This document shows, piece after piece, positions 25,765 to 37,121 of a stretch of 64,000 nt of DNA. This DNA is from Perna viridis (Eukaryota). The notes below the pieces were generated by a model. That model did no database searches and had not been told where the DNA came from. It was given only the letters and a program-made list of their open reading frames with translations. Location of the stretch: positions 19,716,001-19,780,000 of the forward strand of contig CM074518.1 of NCBI GenBank assembly GCA_037379345.1, given 5' to 3'. The position numbers were made by a program, and so were the translations under genes. Positions within the stretch are counted from its first letter, which is position 1. Each line of letters starts with the position of its first letter.

Positions 25765-27893
25765 AATTGACAGTTTTTTGTTCGTTTTCTTTTCTCCATT
25801 ATATTTTATTGATGAGTAATTTACAACCTAATCCAGGTCCTGACATCAACAACTTTTTTTTCACCATTCACGATAAATCCATTTCACTATGCAACATTTA
25901 TATTAGAAGTATGCAAAACAAACTTGAATTCCTGACATATCATTGGATCTCTGCAAATTTCCATCTACCTGGAAGATGACTAAGGTGATAGCGATATTTA
26001 AAAAGGGTGATTTCTCGTAACCGTCTAAGGACAAGAAGCCTATTTAATTGCTATGTTGGTGAAGTAATGGAAAGGATTGTGTAAAGATCTTTGTAAAACA
26101 TCTTCATAAAAGTAAGTTAATTTATAGCTATCAGTCTGGGTTTATGCCAAAATATTCCACGGTTCATTAGTTGTTAGAAATGTATAATTGCATTCTAAAT
26201 TCTTTAGAAAAGGATATTAACTGCTTTGTTTTCTGTAATTTTTTAAAAGCCTTCGACAAAGTACGGCACATGAGATTAATGTATAAACTAAAATCTTATG
26301 AAATTATAGGAGATATTCTGAAATGGTGAAAAAGCTATCTGAGTGATAGGAAACAAAATGTCATATTATATTCATCAGCATCGTCGGAAAACCATCTATG
26401 ATCAGGTGTGCATCAATGTTTAGTACTTGACCTCTCTTACTTGTTGTTTTCATTAACGATATAACTGAAAACCTTGGCTCTTTATACATACTTTTTGCAG
26501 ATGACACACCATTTAACTACTCTGATCACGATAGTGAGAAAATAACAACGGTCATTGGTCGTAATTTTATTTAGTTGGATGAATGGGCAATATTTTGGCT
26601 TATGACTTTTGATGCGGAAAAATCTGAAATTATGTTTTTTTTTTTTCTCCAATATCGCAATACCAATGTTTAGTTTTTCTTTGAAAGGAATTGAAATTCC
26701 AATAAAATTTATCATATACACCTAGGTATTACATTTACTAGTGATGCAAAATACAATATATATTAGCTTGTACTAAAAAGCATCTAAATGTTCAATGTAC
26801 TGCGAAAATTAAAATTTCAAGTGGATGTTACATTTTCATGATTTTAGATTGACTATATTTATCTTTTTTTAGAATTATTAGAATACGCCCCTGAGGTATG
26901 TGACAACTGTAATGCTTCACTCACTGGAAAATTATGGCAAATCCAAACGGAGGCGGCAAGAATTGTAACTAAGTTACCGATATTTACAAAAATTGAAAAC
27001 ATATATAAAAAGGTACATTGGGAGACAATAGAAGAACGTCGAAAACGCAGAAAATTTCAATCATGATCTGCAAAATCATTCCCTTGAATATTTGTGTTAT
27101 CTTGTTCCACCTCAGGTACAATCTATTTCCAAATATCCATTGCGAAAGAGAGTGGACATTTTATTGCCGTATTGTATATTGTTACAAGGGAATCCTTCCT
27201 TCCAGATACTATTAAGGAATGGCACAATCTCTACATTACAATAAGAAAAAATGGCTCAGTATCCAAATTCAAGTCGTTTTTAACTAGGAATAAAGATCGA
27301 TCCATTGTTCCAAAATATTTTTTCATACGGGCCTAGAGAGCTAGATATACTGATAACCCAACTAAGATATTATTCATCTGTCTTGAGGTATGACCTGCAC
27401 CGAGGAAATATCATCACAGATCCGCTATGTAGATATGGTACTAACATAGAAGCTGTTGACCACTACCTCTTTCATTGTCCAATATATGTAGTCCAAAGAC
27501 AAACTTTCAAGCAGACTCTGTGATACTTATCCACTTAACGCAAATATTTTACCATCTGTAAGCCTTGAATTAAGATATGAAGAAAACATTTGCATTTTTC
27601 AGTAGGTTTTTCAGTATATGAAAAAGTCAAAGATTTCTGTTTGTATGACTTTTAAACGAAGCTGATATTTGTGTGTGTGTTTGTGTGTGTTTGCTGTGTT
27701 ACAGATCGTCACCACCACATAACCTTCCACAAACCTAATGTCGCTCCAGTTGACTTTTAGTTTCACTCATTATAGTAATGCATAGTCTATATGCATATGT
27801 AAATATTGAATTTAGAAAAGAACAAAAAATAAGTATGATGTACTTTCGTTCAATCCATTGTGTTTTTAAGCAAATAAAGTATGTTTAAACTAA
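25765..27893 (+). mobile_element. Second CR1-clade LINE relic, internally deleted
   Basis: LLMSNLQPNPGP; NIRSMQNKL; YQSGFMP; KAFDKVRH; LFADDT; TQLRYYSSVLRYDL...DPLCRYGTNIEAVDHYLFHCPIY; tail AAATAAAGTATGTTTAAACTAA as in the first LINE. Confidence 0.85.
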
Positions 27894-28304
27894 CACAAAC
27901 CACATAAAACTAAACAGAAAAATGAACAGCACTAATCCTACTAAAACATGAAGATCGAGTGTCTCGTGTCTGTTGATATATTAATGTAAACAGTTCTGAT
28001 TTCAACTTAACAGAATACAACAAACTTGTTAGTATCCTTGAATTGATTGAGGGCAGTATTCGTCTCTGTGCAAAATAAATATAGACGAACGAGACGATTT
28101 TGATTTTAAAATTATAGTCTGCCTCAAAACAGCTTTTCTATGGATATTGATATTTATTATAAGGTTGATCTTTTGACTATTTATTTTGCTTGGATTTTAT
28201 TAGTTTGGCTATTTTTGACTACCCTTCATTCATATGCATAAACTTTAAGGTAAAAGACAAAGTCAGCATAAAAAATGAAATAAACCTGCTAGTATCATTA
28301 TATT

Positions 28305-28513
28305 TTAATATTCATATGCATAAACTTTAACCTCAGAGACATGGAGGTATTCGCTCCCTTTAATCATCAACTTTACATATCGACCAGATGTGATTTGTTT
28401 GCAGTTAAAAACCAAATGTGCGCCATTTGTTGCCGGCCCCTTGTAATGGGCACACAGCAACAACCCGGTCGAAAACCGTCCGACCAAAATATCAAGATCA
28501 TGTAATCTCCAAC
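28305..28513 (-). CDS. F-type lectin exon 3 (terminal)
   Basis: TTTTAG|GTTGG; (G)WRLHDLDILVGR...CAHYKGP...C...GRYVKL...LHVSEVKVYAYEY*, the canonical FTLD C-terminus. Confidence 0.85.
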
Positions 28514-28544
28514 CTAAAATATCAAGTTAAACACATATAAATGC

Positions 28545-29365
28545 TAATGCACAATATCCTAAGGAACATCCATACTAAATTTGGTTCCAAGTTGTTTCTG
28601 AAGAAAAGAATTTTAAAGAAATTACATTAAAAATAGCAACAAGAAAAAAAACGTCGAAAAAAGGGCTATAACTTTGGCACACAAGATAAAAACACGATGA
28701 TTTAATCAAAAATACATTTCATTATGCTGAACATTTTACCCCATAGTTACCATACTTAGCATTTGGCTAAACCTAACAGTTTCTGAGATATACGCAAAAA
28801 GATTCGGAATGATATCTATGATCTATTTTTAGTATCAAAGGTCATTTTGCAAACAAATCAAGACTCAACACATCATTTCTTCTCACAACTACCAAATACA
28901 ACATTCATACAGTTTTAGTTCTAATTGGTTCAGTATTTCCAGAGGAAAGTTTTACAGAAATAACATCAAAAATAGCGAAAAAGAAAAACTTCAAAAAGGG
29001 GCAATAACTCCAACATGGCGCAACAGATTGACACGAAAATTCGACCACAGATATATCTCATTTTGTCTGATACTATTCCTTGTCAAAAATGGACAAACCT
29101 TACAATTTTTCAGATATATGCGAAAAAGTTCCGACTGATCTCTTTTTTTTATAATTTAAGTAACAGTGGCCACTTTTTTCAGATCTAAAATCCCCATATA
29201 ATTTCAATGCACATTACCCTACGGAACATTCATACCAAGTTTGGTTCTAATTGGGCCAGAAGTTTAAGCTAGAGAAGAGTATTTTAGAAAAAAAGTGTTA
29301 ACAACGAAGGACGCCAAGTGATGGCAATAGCTCACATAGCCATTTGGGCCAGGTGAACTAAAAAG
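28545..29365 (-). mobile_element. Helentron-type non-autonomous element (HINE-like) with internal degenerate repeats
   Basis: Minus-strand start TTTTTAGTTCACCTGGCCCAAATGGCTATGTGAGCTATTGCCATCACTTGGCGTCC; internal repeated CATACCAAGTTTGGTTCTAATTGG and GGGCAATAACTCC. Confidence 0.6.
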
Positions 29366-29726
29366 AAAAGACAATAAAATAGTATCCATTCCTTCAATCG
29401 CCCAAAACAGCAAGCAATGTATTTCTCGTGAATATGATAAAATTTCAATCTAAATGGCAGATTGGGTATAATAAACATAATATTTGACTAACAAGCAAAT
29501 TCACATGCGGTTGATGATGTTTGTTCCAGTCATATACTCTTCTGTTTGTAGTACAAGGAAGTTATCAGAGCTGACTTATTGTCTTCACTAGTCCCTTGAA
29601 TCATTTAGCTTTTGCCTGCCCCTGGTGCTCTTAATCATTGTCACAACACATATGATTCAATGGATAGAATGTAAAAGGTTATCACTGAACTTACTTAACA
29701 GATGAGAAATTGATAACAATTGATCA

Positions 29727-31367
29727 CTAGAGGCTCTAAATAGCCTGAATCGCTTATTTGTCTCGATAAGCAACTTTCTATTTTTGTAAAAGTGGCCATG
29801 TTTTTTCTTGGATATAAATTCCTAACGCTCATATCCAAGAACAACCATGTCAATGTTATTAAATTTGAGCAGGTAGTTTCTGAGAAGAATAGTTTGTAAA
29901 GTAATAACTTTGATATAGCAAACAGATTTAAAAGAAAAGGGCAATAACTCCATTTTACTCTATGTCAGAATTTAAATTAACCTAAAAGTTTTATAGATTT
30001 ATGCTAAAAACTACTGTCGGACCGCTATGCTATATTTTAGTAGCAGTGGCCATGTTTTTGATGGATCAAATATTTTCACAAAAGTTTTGATGGAAAAGAC
30101 CCTAAGAAACATTCACATCAAGTTTTTTTTTCTAATTGGTCTGGTGGTGTTAGAGGAGACGATTTTTTAACAATACAACAAACGTGATGACTTTTCATTC
30201 AGAATTGTCAACTTTCCTTTCATCTGTGGCTACATCCCTTCAGCACCTGCGTATGGAGTTTTCATATCACAACTCATATGTTAAGCCAGATCCTGCTGTT
30301 ACTACGCGGACATTTTGTGTCATGCTAGACTTCTTACAGTTAGGCTTCTGGAACAGAGTTGTGTTGCTACGATTGAAGTCATCAAAAAGGTTTATGGTCG
30401 TCATCATAAACCCATGGTGAATCAATCTTTATCATGAAAACAGATTGCTCAACGTACAAAAGTTTTCCTTTCCTCTTTTGTCTCACCCGGACTTGACTTT
30501 TTATGAACATCTCGGCGGGTGTTTCCAGAACCGCAGAGGACGCTTACCCTACCGATGTACATGGTCAATGCTCCCAGTTTTCAGTCCGAGTTGTTCATTT
30601 ACTTTTGTTACTTTGCATGTATTGTTTTAGTTTTTTTATGTTCTTTGTTATGTTTGTGTGTTTTCCATGTCCGGTCTTTGTCTCTGAATTACAATCTTTT
30701 GATTTCCACTAGAATCTTGGTTTCCTTGATTATTCTTCCAAATAATAACATTATAAATCAGAAAAAAAAAACGTTGAAAAAAGATAATAAATCCAACATA
30801 GCTTCACAGATTTACACACAAAAATCACCACAGATGGATTCCATCATGCTAAATACTTTCACAATATGTCAGAGTTAGACTATACCTAATAGATTTGGAG
30901 ATATTTTCGAAAAACTTCTGTCCCTGTGTTGTACTTTTAGTGCACAGCGCAATGTTTTTCGCCTGATCAAATATCCCCACATCAGTTCTATGAAGGGTGT
31001 CGTAAGCAACATTCGTACCAAGTTCGGTTCTAATTGGTCCGGTAGTGTCATGGACGATGTTTGAAATAAATAGCATTTGAAATAGCAAAAACTGTCAAAA
31101 AGGGAAAATTACTCAAACATGACTTAACAAATTTACATGATTTGGCCACACATAAATCTAGTTATGTTGAACATTTCTAATCTGTCACAATTTGGTCATA
31201 TCTAACGCTTGAGGTATATGTAAGACAACTTTTGTCTGTTCTATTTTTAGTAACGGAGAAACATCCATACCAAGTTTAGTTATAATTGGTCAAGTAGTGT
31301 CAGATGTGAAGAATTGATAACGACGACGACGACGGACGCCATGTGATGGCAAAGGCCCACATGGCCC
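29727..31367 (-). mobile_element. Second HINE-like element with a nested PLE fragment
   Basis: Ends CTAGAGGCTCTAAATAGCCTG (short hairpin) and (GAC)nGGACGCCATGTGATGGCAAAGGCCCACATGGCC; GTGGCCATGTTTTT subrepeats. Confidence 0.55.
30175..30735 (+). mobile_element. PLE family A 3' portion (RT C-terminus plus 3' UTR)
   Basis: YNKRDDFSFRIVNFPFICGYIPSAPAYGVFISQL...RLLEQ, then the family 3' module. Confidence 0.85.
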
Positions 31368-31392
31368 CAGACATTTTGATTCTTTAAAGTAC

Positions 31393-31608
31393 CTGAACAA
31401 CATTTTGTCCTGTTGAAGACCACAATACGTTGGATTCTATAGGTCCTCCCTAGATCAACCATCCAATATGGCGACTTGTCACGTTGTGTATGTTGATAAG
31501 TGTTTAGATCACCATCGACTACGTATTCCGCCTTGTGATTGCGATATGTAGAACTCTGATATGCCATCTTCCCATGGGCAAATTCTCGCAATGGTTTTGA
31601 CGATTCAT
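31393..31608 (-). CDS. F-type lectin exon 2
   Basis: TTTCATAG|ATGAA; EFAHGKMAYQSSTY...AEYVVDGD...HTQRDKSPYWMVDLGRTYRIQRIVVFNRTKCCS(G)|GTACT. Confidence 0.88.
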
Positions 31609-32301
31609 CTATGAAATAAACAGCCTAGCTTAAGGTGAAATAAAATATACTATACCCAAAATTTGTTTCGCTTTTTTTAATTCTGAACAACTTCAGCGAA
31701 ATGGTAAAATGTTAAATGAACCAGACTGGGACCATCAATTTCAAACCTAGTAAGTATGGCATTCTGATGTGCTATGTGATTTGCTTTAGAAAAATATTTT
31801 GTTGTGTAAATTCATAAAGTTCAAATTCAGGCTAGATTCAACGTGGGATTATATGAATGAAACATTGTTTGGTAACAGAACGAGCCAAATCATCTCTGTT
31901 AATTGATTACAGAAAACTGATCCGTTTTACCAATGTCTTATATTTGTTTTCTTTTTAAAAATAGTAAATTCTAATGTTGCATCAGTTTTTGGGCAAATAC
32001 ATTTTCCCAGGTATAAGTTCAATCATTACTGCTCTCCAGAAATTTGAAAAAAGTGTAACTTCTCGAATTTGTATGTACATTCCTTCTTACATATACGTTA
32101 AATGGAATAATTTACAACAGTTATGATAACCCTTACAGGTAAGTCAATTTGTCCAGACAAAAGGGATTATATTTCAACTTTCGAGCTTTATTTAGCATAT
32201 TTCCATAAAAAAATAGGATATGAAATTCCATTTCTGGTTAAGGTCCGACAAGTACAGTCAAACTTCAGAATCAGTTCTTCATAATTATGGAGGAATTTAG
32301 T

Positions 32302-33030
32302 AAGAGTAATCAAGGGAACCAAAGTCAAATTGGCATCCAAAAAATGTAATCCAGGGACAAAGACCAGGTATGGAAAAAGACACACACAACAAAGAACATA
32401 AAGTAACTAAAATCATACATACAAAGTAACAAAATCAAATGAGGACTTGGACTCCACGAAAAACTGGAGTATGGAGTATGGACCAGGTGCACCGGTAGGG
32501 TAAGCGTTCTCTGCTTTTCTAGAAACACCAGCCAAGTTGCTCATCATGCTAATAAAAAGTCAAGTCCGGGATATACGATAGAGGAAGGAAAACTATGAAG
32601 CGCTAAACAAATCAGTTTTCATGGCGCAGATGGATACACCGTAGCGATCCACTAGTTCATGATGACGGCCAAAGAACTTCTGTAGTGATGACTTCAATCA
32701 TGAATTAACATAACCGTGTTCCAGAAGCCTATTTGGTAGAATTGTAAAGCGTAAGAAAAGGTCTGTGTAGTTTCGGCAAGCTCTGGCAAAAAGTATGAGT
32801 TTTGATATGAATACTCCATACACAGGTGCTGAAGGGATACTGCCACAAATGAAAAGTCATCACGATTGTCGTAAAGTTTGGTCAATAGTTTCCTTTACCA
32901 TCGATCTTTAAGTTTAGGTCAAGATAAGAGGTTGACTTCAAAGTGTCTGTGGTATCCCCGTAATTAGGATAGTTTCAACATAATACATCATCTATGTGAC
33001 GGAAACTGAGATTAAATGATCTAGCTAAAC
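32302..33030 (-). mobile_element. PLE family A fragment
   Basis: SHIDDVL (RT YIDD-like); TKLYDNRDDFSF; 3' module at 32302-32570. Confidence 0.85.
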
Positions 33031-33149
33031 GATATTCTTTCTTTCGGACCGGATCAGCTGTTAACTCTGAACTAAAGAGTATGCAAGGGAACCAAGATCC
33101 TAGCGAAAATTTAAAAAAATGTTATCCAGAACATTCTTAGTGACACCAG

Positions 33150-33550
33150 TCGATCGTAAGTCCAGGGTAGATAAACGAGGAAAGGAAAATAATAACGCGT
33201 TGAATAAATCAGTCTTGGCAGCACAGACGGATACACCATAACTATCCTCGAGTTCACGATGACGACCATTAAACTTTTGCAACGACAACCTAAATCCTGT
33301 AGCAACATAACCCTGTTCCAGAAGCCTAATTGTGAAAAGTCTGCGTAGTTATGGCAAGATGTGGCATAAAGTATGAGTTGTGATATGAACTCTTTACGGA
33401 GCTGCTGAATGCTTGTTGCCAAAACGAAAGGAAAGTCGAGAAGACGGAATAAAAAGTCGTCGTACTGGTTAATAGTTTTTCGTTACCATCGATCTCGAAG
33501 TGTATGTCAAGATATGAGGCTGACTTCACAGTGTCTGTAGTACATGTGTA
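33150..33550 (-). mobile_element. PLE family A fragment
   Basis: TTDTVKSASYLDIHFEIDGNEKLLT; FISQLILYATSCHNYADF; SLQKFNGRHRELEDSYGVSVC..KTDLF. Confidence 0.85.
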
Positions 33551-33995
33551 TCTTTTTTTTATCGACCAATCAAAATTATTTCCGCGCCCCGTTACCAATT
33601 CATAGTCCTCAATTTCCATGCCCCATTCCCCCATTTCCGATGCCCCATAAAATTTGGAAGTTTATCCCATATTATGTAGTAGCAATTTTTTTGCTATATT
33701 GAGTAGCACTGACAATCATTGACATACTTAAAACCTTCATATGTTTCAAAATTTAAGACCTCACAGCCTTTACCCACTCGTATTACCTATTTTCCTGAGT
33801 AGTCTTCCATGGCATCCATAAAAACTTTAAAGTTACAATTCCAGTGTATGGAATATGGTTCATGGTACTTGGGACCTTTAGAAAGGACTTTGCAGAGAGA
33901 TTCGTTTTTGATGTTTGAATTTCCTGTAATTACCCCCATGGTCTATTTACCGACAAAAAGAGATTTCTTTCATTGAAGTCTAAAACATCGTTACT

Positions 33996-33996
<1 letters not shown>

Positions 33997-34026
<30 letters not shown>
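33997..34026. repeat. (GATA)n microsatellite
   Basis: Direct reading. Confidence 0.95.
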
Positions 34027-34027
<1 letters not shown>

Positions 34028-34679
34028 TTTTATTTTTAGTGCAGCTTGGCATATATAAACATAGCATCACATTCATACTTCGTCATGGCACTAAATATAT
34101 GTTTTTGTCCTAACCAGCTATTAGAGGCTATGATACACTATCATTTTATTACAGTTGAAACATATAAATATAAGATCTTCTCTAACTTTCAAGTTTGAGG
34201 CTAAAATTATTCATTATGTCTATACACAAATGTTTTTTTTCTCAACCGAATATAACTAAAAGTTTTGAAAAGTTGTTAATATATGTAATATATCACCAGA
34301 AGGAAAAAAATTAAAACATGAGTTATTTTTCTTTGCATTAAATAGAAGTTTGACTGTGTGAGTAAGATAAAGTATAAACTAAACTTGAACAAAATTTGCA
34401 AACGAATCAATAAATGAGGTTATTCACTTGATTTAAGAATAATGTATCAAGGCACATGGGGAAAACTTGAAAAAGCATAAAGAATAAATAAAGGTATTCG
34501 CTTAATTCTAGAATAATATTTCCAATATATCATTTTATATCTATTACATACATGTAATTCAAACATAAATACATTTCACACTACTTTCATCATTGGTATG
34601 CAAGCATGCTCTCTTTAGATGAACATATACAACAGTGTACTGATGATTTTGTTCTAGTAAGAATGTAACAAAACATGTG

Positions 34680-35020
34680 GACAAATACGGGCAAACCGAA
34701 GTTGAGAAATATATACACCGTATGAAAGAGCCAAAGAAACGTCCCCGTCATGGAAGCGTAAATTAACAATTTGAAAAGAAAAACCGTCTCGTCGTAAATT
34801 TTAGTTTTCAGTTTACCTATTGAAATGGAATTATCAAAATCCAAAGAGGACAATTAAAACTGTCCTTATCAGCTTTTTTAATGTCAAATTCTGATGGGAA
34901 ATTTAGGCAATGTATCTGAAAAGAAATCAGTACTAATCGCCGCAAAAAATACTCTAAGTAGCTATAAACATTAAAACTTTGTCTAATAAATGAGCGTTGG
35001 AATGAATTGATGAAGTTTGG
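34680..35020 (-). mobile_element. Divergent PLE RT fragment
   Basis: GKLKTKIYD; IVNLRFHDGDVSLALSYGVYISQLR in a shifted frame. Confidence 0.6.
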
Positions 35021-35144
35021 CCATAATCTGTTTCATTATACGCGTTATTTTGATATCTTCCCTGTCTAGTCTTTATTTTTCAATAATATCATTTTGATAA
35101 CCGTTCCAATTCAAATTTTATAGATCTTCCTTTTGATAGCTTAC

Positions 35145-35467
35145 CTTCATTGATCATATAAAACCGCCATTCACTATCTTTCCTTATTCAATATGTCATT
35201 TAAGGTGCCGAGGTGTAATAAACATTGTTTATCCTCGGTATTGTGGAAAACAGACACACATCTAGGGTTTTCCATGCAATGTAAAGTACAATTGATCAAC
35301 GGTAAGTCTATATAAGATCTTATAATGTCAACAACTTGGTATGCATTTTCCATTTCACTACGCCTCTTTATGTATGATTGTGTGTTTTTTGAAAATACCA
35401 TTTGGTAGATAAATCCGAGGTGAAATACAAATTTAGAGTACATTGCTGCAAAATACTTGAAAAACAA
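35145..35467 (-). CDS. Exon 1: hydrophobic N-terminus plus PAN/apple domain (frameshifted near its 3' end)
   Basis: LINCTLHCMENPRCVSVFHNTEDKQCLLH (CxxxC...C.S...C.L PAN pattern); donor G|GTAAGC. Confidence 0.75.
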
Positions 35468-37121
35468 CGAAACAGCCGCATTAAATATTGGTAGTTATTG
35501 ACTCTTGGTATTTATAGTAAAACGATCAAACGTCAGCCAATGATGTAACTTAATTTAAAGCACAAATTCATGTTTAAAGTAACGTTTACTCATTGCAGAT
35601 GATGGAACCACTTAGAAGTTTTGAATAGACCTTCTGTATATCGTGGTCTCATAAACAATTACATACATTATAATTTGACGAGAGAAATTATAAGACACAT
35701 GCTATGGCGGCAGAAAATCCATACAAAGACAATTGACAATCATTTTTGCAGTTAATGGCGTTAAAACGTATGCGTAGACGTTCAATGGTGCGTGTAGCGG
35801 TTTCAAAATTTTGGCAGATTACCAAGCCTGCAATTTACCGATGGCCTGTTCCGACAGACGTACCATAGCTTTGCTCACAAACTTGATACCTAAGTCATTA
35901 AAATTGCAGTGATTTTAAACCCATAATGATGCATATAAATTGAGGCAATTAAATGGTTTTAATTGATAACGGCAAAGTGAGTCCTACAAGGAGTGGAGGG
36001 TTCGATCGGTCTGCGCCTTTGCGTTATATTCTTGGAAGTGGAATTCCCCTTTAAATATTTAAAACATTTACCATAGGCATTGATGAACATAATTACTGTA
36101 CGCAATCATTATTTGTAATTTTATATTAGTATTACATGTAGAAACACTTTTTAAAAAAGCGAAGTTTCGTTTGCGATTCAGTATATGTGAAGACGCTATA
36201 AGGAAGACAGAATTGCAACGATGAACAAACAATTTGGTGCATGAGAGAAGAGAAATTGCGTGAATAAATCACTACATTGACACTGACAAAAACAATGTTC
36301 TTTGATGATGCGAATAATTTCAGAACTCATTTACGAAATTTAATACATGTATATAAGCAATTTTGTCCAGTTATAGGCACTGGGTAAAAACAGTATATGC
36401 TTATTTTTTATGACTTAGTACATAAATCACAGACGAAGCAAATTAACAGAAAGAATAGTTCATGCTATAAATTAGAGCTGTAGCTATTTTATTTGTGCAT
36501 GTGACCATTCAGACACCCAAATGACATTGTATAAGATTACAGTAGCACCAAAATCATAGATAGAATTGAAATAATGCAGCTAAAAGTCCCATTTTAAACA
36601 AAAAAGAGAACAACTGCATTTTTCACATTACTCTACGTGCTTCTACCTATCATCACATGACTACATACAGTACACTCGGGGACATTTTTTCTCCAACTCT
36701 AAAGTCGGAGTTTTAAATCCATGTTAGTCGATGAAACATCGTGTCAGTGGGATTTTTTCTTGGTGAAATATGAGCCTTACACCCACCTAGCTACGACATC
36801 TTATTTTCTGGTTGTTAATTTTGTACGTAGAATCACTGACGTTGGTTTGAAATTCACCCTGCATGATGAAGTTAATCTCATTGATCTCCGCCGACAATAT
36901 TGACGTTTGAACCCAAGCACTGACCACCAAAATTCATTGGGGACTCTTGAAAATCACAACAGAGGAGTCTAGGAGACTTGTGAAAATCCTGAATCTGATA
37001 GCCGAAATTTACGCTAGTAATTTCAGTCAACTGTATATTTGTCCAGTTTTAATTCAAGCCGTCGGCAAAATAAAACAGCGGTTGAGACGGTTAGCACGTT
37101 GTATTAACAATTTGAAAATAT

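Larger units (their letters stand above)
28305..35467 (-). pseudogene. 3-exon PAN/apple + F-type lectin (fucolectin) gene with a frameshift near the end of exon 1
   Basis: Exon 1 ~35443/35467-35145, exon 2 31608-31393, exon 3 28513-28305, with GT..AG phase-1 introns. The exon-1 frame stops at 35174-35176, while the +1 frame reads KDSEWRFYMINE into the donor. Confidence 0.8.

Noticed and set aside
20866-25780. Functional coupling of SINE and CR1 (each CR1 relic is preceded by a SINE copy)
   Set aside because: Orientations differ, and the copy at 25249 has its own TSD, so these look like independent insertions.
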